Of a stretch of DNA of 64,000 nt, positions 30,801-33,329 are shown one piece after another. The notes below the pieces were generated by a model. That model was not told the origin of the DNA and made no database searches. It worked only from the letters and a program-made list of their open reading frames with translations. Every line of letters begins with the position of its first letter. The first letter of the stretch is position 1. The DNA lies in the NCBI GenBank assembly GCA_964473615.1, contig CAYYPQ010000014.1:2229-66228 (forward strand). Direction: 5' to 3'. Source of the stretch: an uncultured Desulfobacteraceae bacterium. Its GTDB lineage: Bacteria; Desulfobacterota; DSM-4660; Desulfatiglandales; Desulfatiglandaceae. The translations under genes and the position numbers were made by a program.

Positions 30801-33236
30801 GTCCAGCGTGTTGGGCCCGCCGCTTCCTCCATCGATTACCCCGTCGACATTGCTCCCTTCGACAAAGACAAAGTCGTCCTGGCCGCTTCCGCCGGTCAGG
30901 TCCTCAATGCCGTTGAAGCTTATCTGCGTATTCAGCGTACCGGCATTGTCCCCGGTGATATCCCAGGTATTCGTCCCATTCGAACCTATGAGGGTGTCCA
31001 GTCCATCCCCGCCCTCGATGGTAATTGCTGCGCTGAAACCGGGATCCAGGGTGCCTATGTTCATCGTATCATCGGCGGCGCCCAGGTTGATAGCCAGTAT
31101 TGAGGCGGGATTGACAAAGCTCAATGTGCTGATAAAACTGTCCGTGGCCCTGTCAAAGAAATCGCTCGATGCGCTGCGAATCTGCATTTCGCCGGGTGTA
31201 GCCGCGTCCTTATCTTCCAGCACCAGGTCGTCATTATAGGCGCTCCCGTGTATCACAACGGTATCAGCCACACTGGCGTCAATGATTGGCTCCATGTCCT
31301 CATAGGTGATCGTCTTATTATAGAGGCTGACAGACTCAAGGCCATTTCCGGCAGGGTTGATCACAGTAAACGGACCATCCTCTGCAGGATCTTCGGCGAT
31401 CAGGCTGTCAAATCCCCCTGTGCCGCCACGCACGACCCCGCTCATGCTGCCATTTGCGAAAAAGACAAAGTCATCGTGGTTTCCTGCGCTGCCGCTTAAA
31501 TTTTCAATGTCTAGGAACTCTGTCTGTTCATTGAGCAGACCCTCGTTGGGACCGTTTATTTCCCATACACAGTCGGTCCCGGGGCCTAAGATCGTGTCAA
31601 TACCTTCGCCGCCCGAAAGGATGTCATCACCATCAGTGCCTTTCAATGTGTCGTCGCCCAAACCGCCGGAGAGGATGTTGTTCCCGTCATTGCCGGTCAA
31701 GACGTCGTTACCCGAACCGCCTATGATATTGTGGATATGGCTTACACCAGCTGTTCCCGTTGCTGACCCGGTCGTACCAAGAGAATCAGGCGTTGAAAGA
31801 TCTACCATTATAGGGTTCAGACTCGAAAAGGCAGAGTAGTCAAGAGTATTATTGCCGCCGTTTCCACCGTCAATAGTCCCGGCAAGGTTTGCACCATCCT
31901 CGAAGACATAGGTATTATCGCCCTGACCGCCTATAATGTTTTCAATATTCCTTGAGTTTATGGTATGGTTCCCGCCTGCGATGGAGACCGTGCCATCATC
32001 ATTTACGGTATATTCCCCGTCAGTAACGGTAACATCACCATTTGTGCGGATGACAAAAATCAAATTGTCTTGGATCTGGGAGAAGTCCAAGGCATCGGTA
32101 TCTTCACCTCCATCGATGCTTGTGCCGGAGGTGTCAGGAAATGCCGAAAAGATGAAGGTGTCATCGCCCACTAACCCATTGACTGTAAGATCGTCTCCCG
32201 GATTTAATGTCTGAGGAGATGTGGCTCCACCCGTCACTTCTGCTGTATCCAGGGTAATGGTTTCATCGGCCGCAGTTCCATCAACCGTTATTGCGTCCAA
32301 AAGGAAGGCATAGTCAAATGGGTTGGAGGTCCCAAAGACAGGAAGTGCCTCTATTACGCCGGTGCTGTATTCCAGCACCCAGTCACCGCCCATATTAGGG
32401 CTGCCGGTGGCATCTATTGAAGCGGCCACATCAGCATCTGTCCATTCACTCAGGTCTTCAACAAAATCAACCCCGGTTTTTCCCTGTCCAACGCTGCAGC
32501 CATAAAGCAGAATGTCGCCACCAGGAGCCATGGACCTTTTCCATGTATTTAGCTCCGAGGTACGCTCCGCCAGGTCAGAGCTGTCTATCTGGCTACTGCC
32601 CAGCCGCAGACTACCCGCGGCGCCGTGAGATAGGATGTGAATGGCATCGATTCCTTCATATTTCGCCAACGTCTCGCTGATCTGGTCAATACCGTCACTA
32701 TCGCGGTCAAGGACCACGACCTTGACAGGGGAATTGCCGTCAGTCTCTTGTGGACTAGTTGCTTCATCGTCTGGTACATTTGTTGTGTGGTTGAGTTCTT
32801 CAAGCAGAAACGAGTAATCAGGGACAGAGGGATCGACAAAAACGATTTCCTGTATGGGCTGCCGGGAAATTACCTGGGTAGCCTTTGCCGGGTCGGAAGA
32901 GGGCGTCTCAGGGGCGACCTCAGGGGAATCAGGGTCCGGGATGTGGGGCTGTTGATCCGCCTGCGCCAGCCCTACATCGATTTTCGGGCTATCTCCTGCA
33001 ATTATTTCAGACTTCGTTAAGTCGCCTTCGTATTGCGCCTGAATAGGGACCAGATCAGGCAATAAATCGGCCCCCTCATGAAAATCATGAGGGGGGATCA
33101 CGAGATCCGCAGACAGGAGTATTCGACTTTCCAACGCCTCAAATATAATCTTGCGTCGATTAGCGCCCTCCCTTGACCCAAATCTGCCCGACAAGGGTTT
33201 GAGTCTTCGGGCAATCTTTTTCATTCTATTCAACAT
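9783..33236 (-). CDS. Giant (7,817 aa) repetitive surface/adhesin-like protein: LEPR-XLL-like N-terminal motif, DUF4347, RTX Ca-binding repeats, several repeat families, beta-helix region, C-terminal RTX block, LysM and a TM-like segment
   Basis: A single uninterrupted 23.4-kb ORF. Domain calls are listed as separate features below. It has no classical Sec signal peptide; the N terminus is strongly basic ([29 protein letters not shown]). Confidence 0.9.
   Translation of the reverse strand: [7817 protein letters not shown]
10011..10058 (-). other. Only TM-like hydrophobic segment I noticed in the giant protein, about 76-91 residues from the C terminus
   Basis: [28 protein letters not shown] is followed by a basic 75-aa tail ([35 protein letters not shown]...). 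The positive-inside rule suggests the tail is cytoplasmic and LysM is periplasmic. Confidence 0.45.
10113..10262 (-). other. LysM (peptidoglycan-binding) domain near the C terminus of the giant protein
   Basis: [50 protein letters not shown] is a textbook LysM pattern (V..GDTLW.IS......LW..I...N.....P..I.PGQ.L.IP), verified against the DNA at 10201-10260. Confidence 0.85.
10580..11065 (-). other. C-proximal RTX-like Ca-binding repeat block
   Basis: [52 protein letters not shown] and [36 protein letters not shown], verified against the DNA at 10561-10620 and 10981-11040. Confidence 0.8.
22510..24700 (-). repeat. Gly/Ala/Ser/Thr-rich beta-helix-type coding repeats of about 125 aa (at least 5 units)
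   Basis: The recurrent unit is ..IDNS.V.S.GNV.L.ATS...IDALTI.GA.AVGASG.GSG.A.SGAGAGS.N.I.NT.EA.IK....VT.T....L.A.[13 protein letters not shown]...G.AIS.G.S.A.N.I.N... Confidence 0.75.
25900..27100 (-). repeat. Several (at least five read) tandem coding modules of about 65 aa (LGYxHGFxTGDxVVYxNGGxxSIGGLxDGxTYYVI...I.LA)
   Basis: [201 protein letters not shown]. Confidence 0.8.
31587..31724 (-). other. N-proximal RTX nonapeptide (GGxGxDxxx) Ca-binding repeat block
   Basis: [46 protein letters not shown] was verified against the DNA at 31621-31680. Confidence 0.85.
32361..32849 (-). other. DUF4347-like domain of the giant protein (residues about 130-292)
   Basis: [15 protein letters not shown]...[45 protein letters not shown]...[50 protein letters not shown] is the typical DUF4347 pattern that commonly follows LEPR-XLL motifs. 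Confidence 0.65.
33102..33134 (-). other. LEPR-XLL-like N-terminal motif of the giant protein ([11 protein letters not shown], residues 35-45)
   Basis: [14 protein letters not shown] matches the LE(P/S)RxLLSA signature found at the N termini of very large repetitive proteins (the NCBIfam LEPR-XLL domain, as I recall it). Confidence 0.6.
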
Positions 33237-33329
33237 TACTTGCTCACTCTCTTAAAGGGTTAGTTCGGGTGAGGTCCTAATAATTTTTGCATGCCTCTGG
33301 TATGTTGCTATACGATTGTATAGCTGTGA

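Noticed and set aside
9783-33236. Classical LapA/RTX type I secretion substrate.
   Set aside because: The RTX repeats are not followed by a free C-terminal secretion signal. Instead the C terminus is LysM, a TM-like segment and a basic tail. No ABC exporter is linked. This remains a formal alternative if an ABC transporter is encoded elsewhere.
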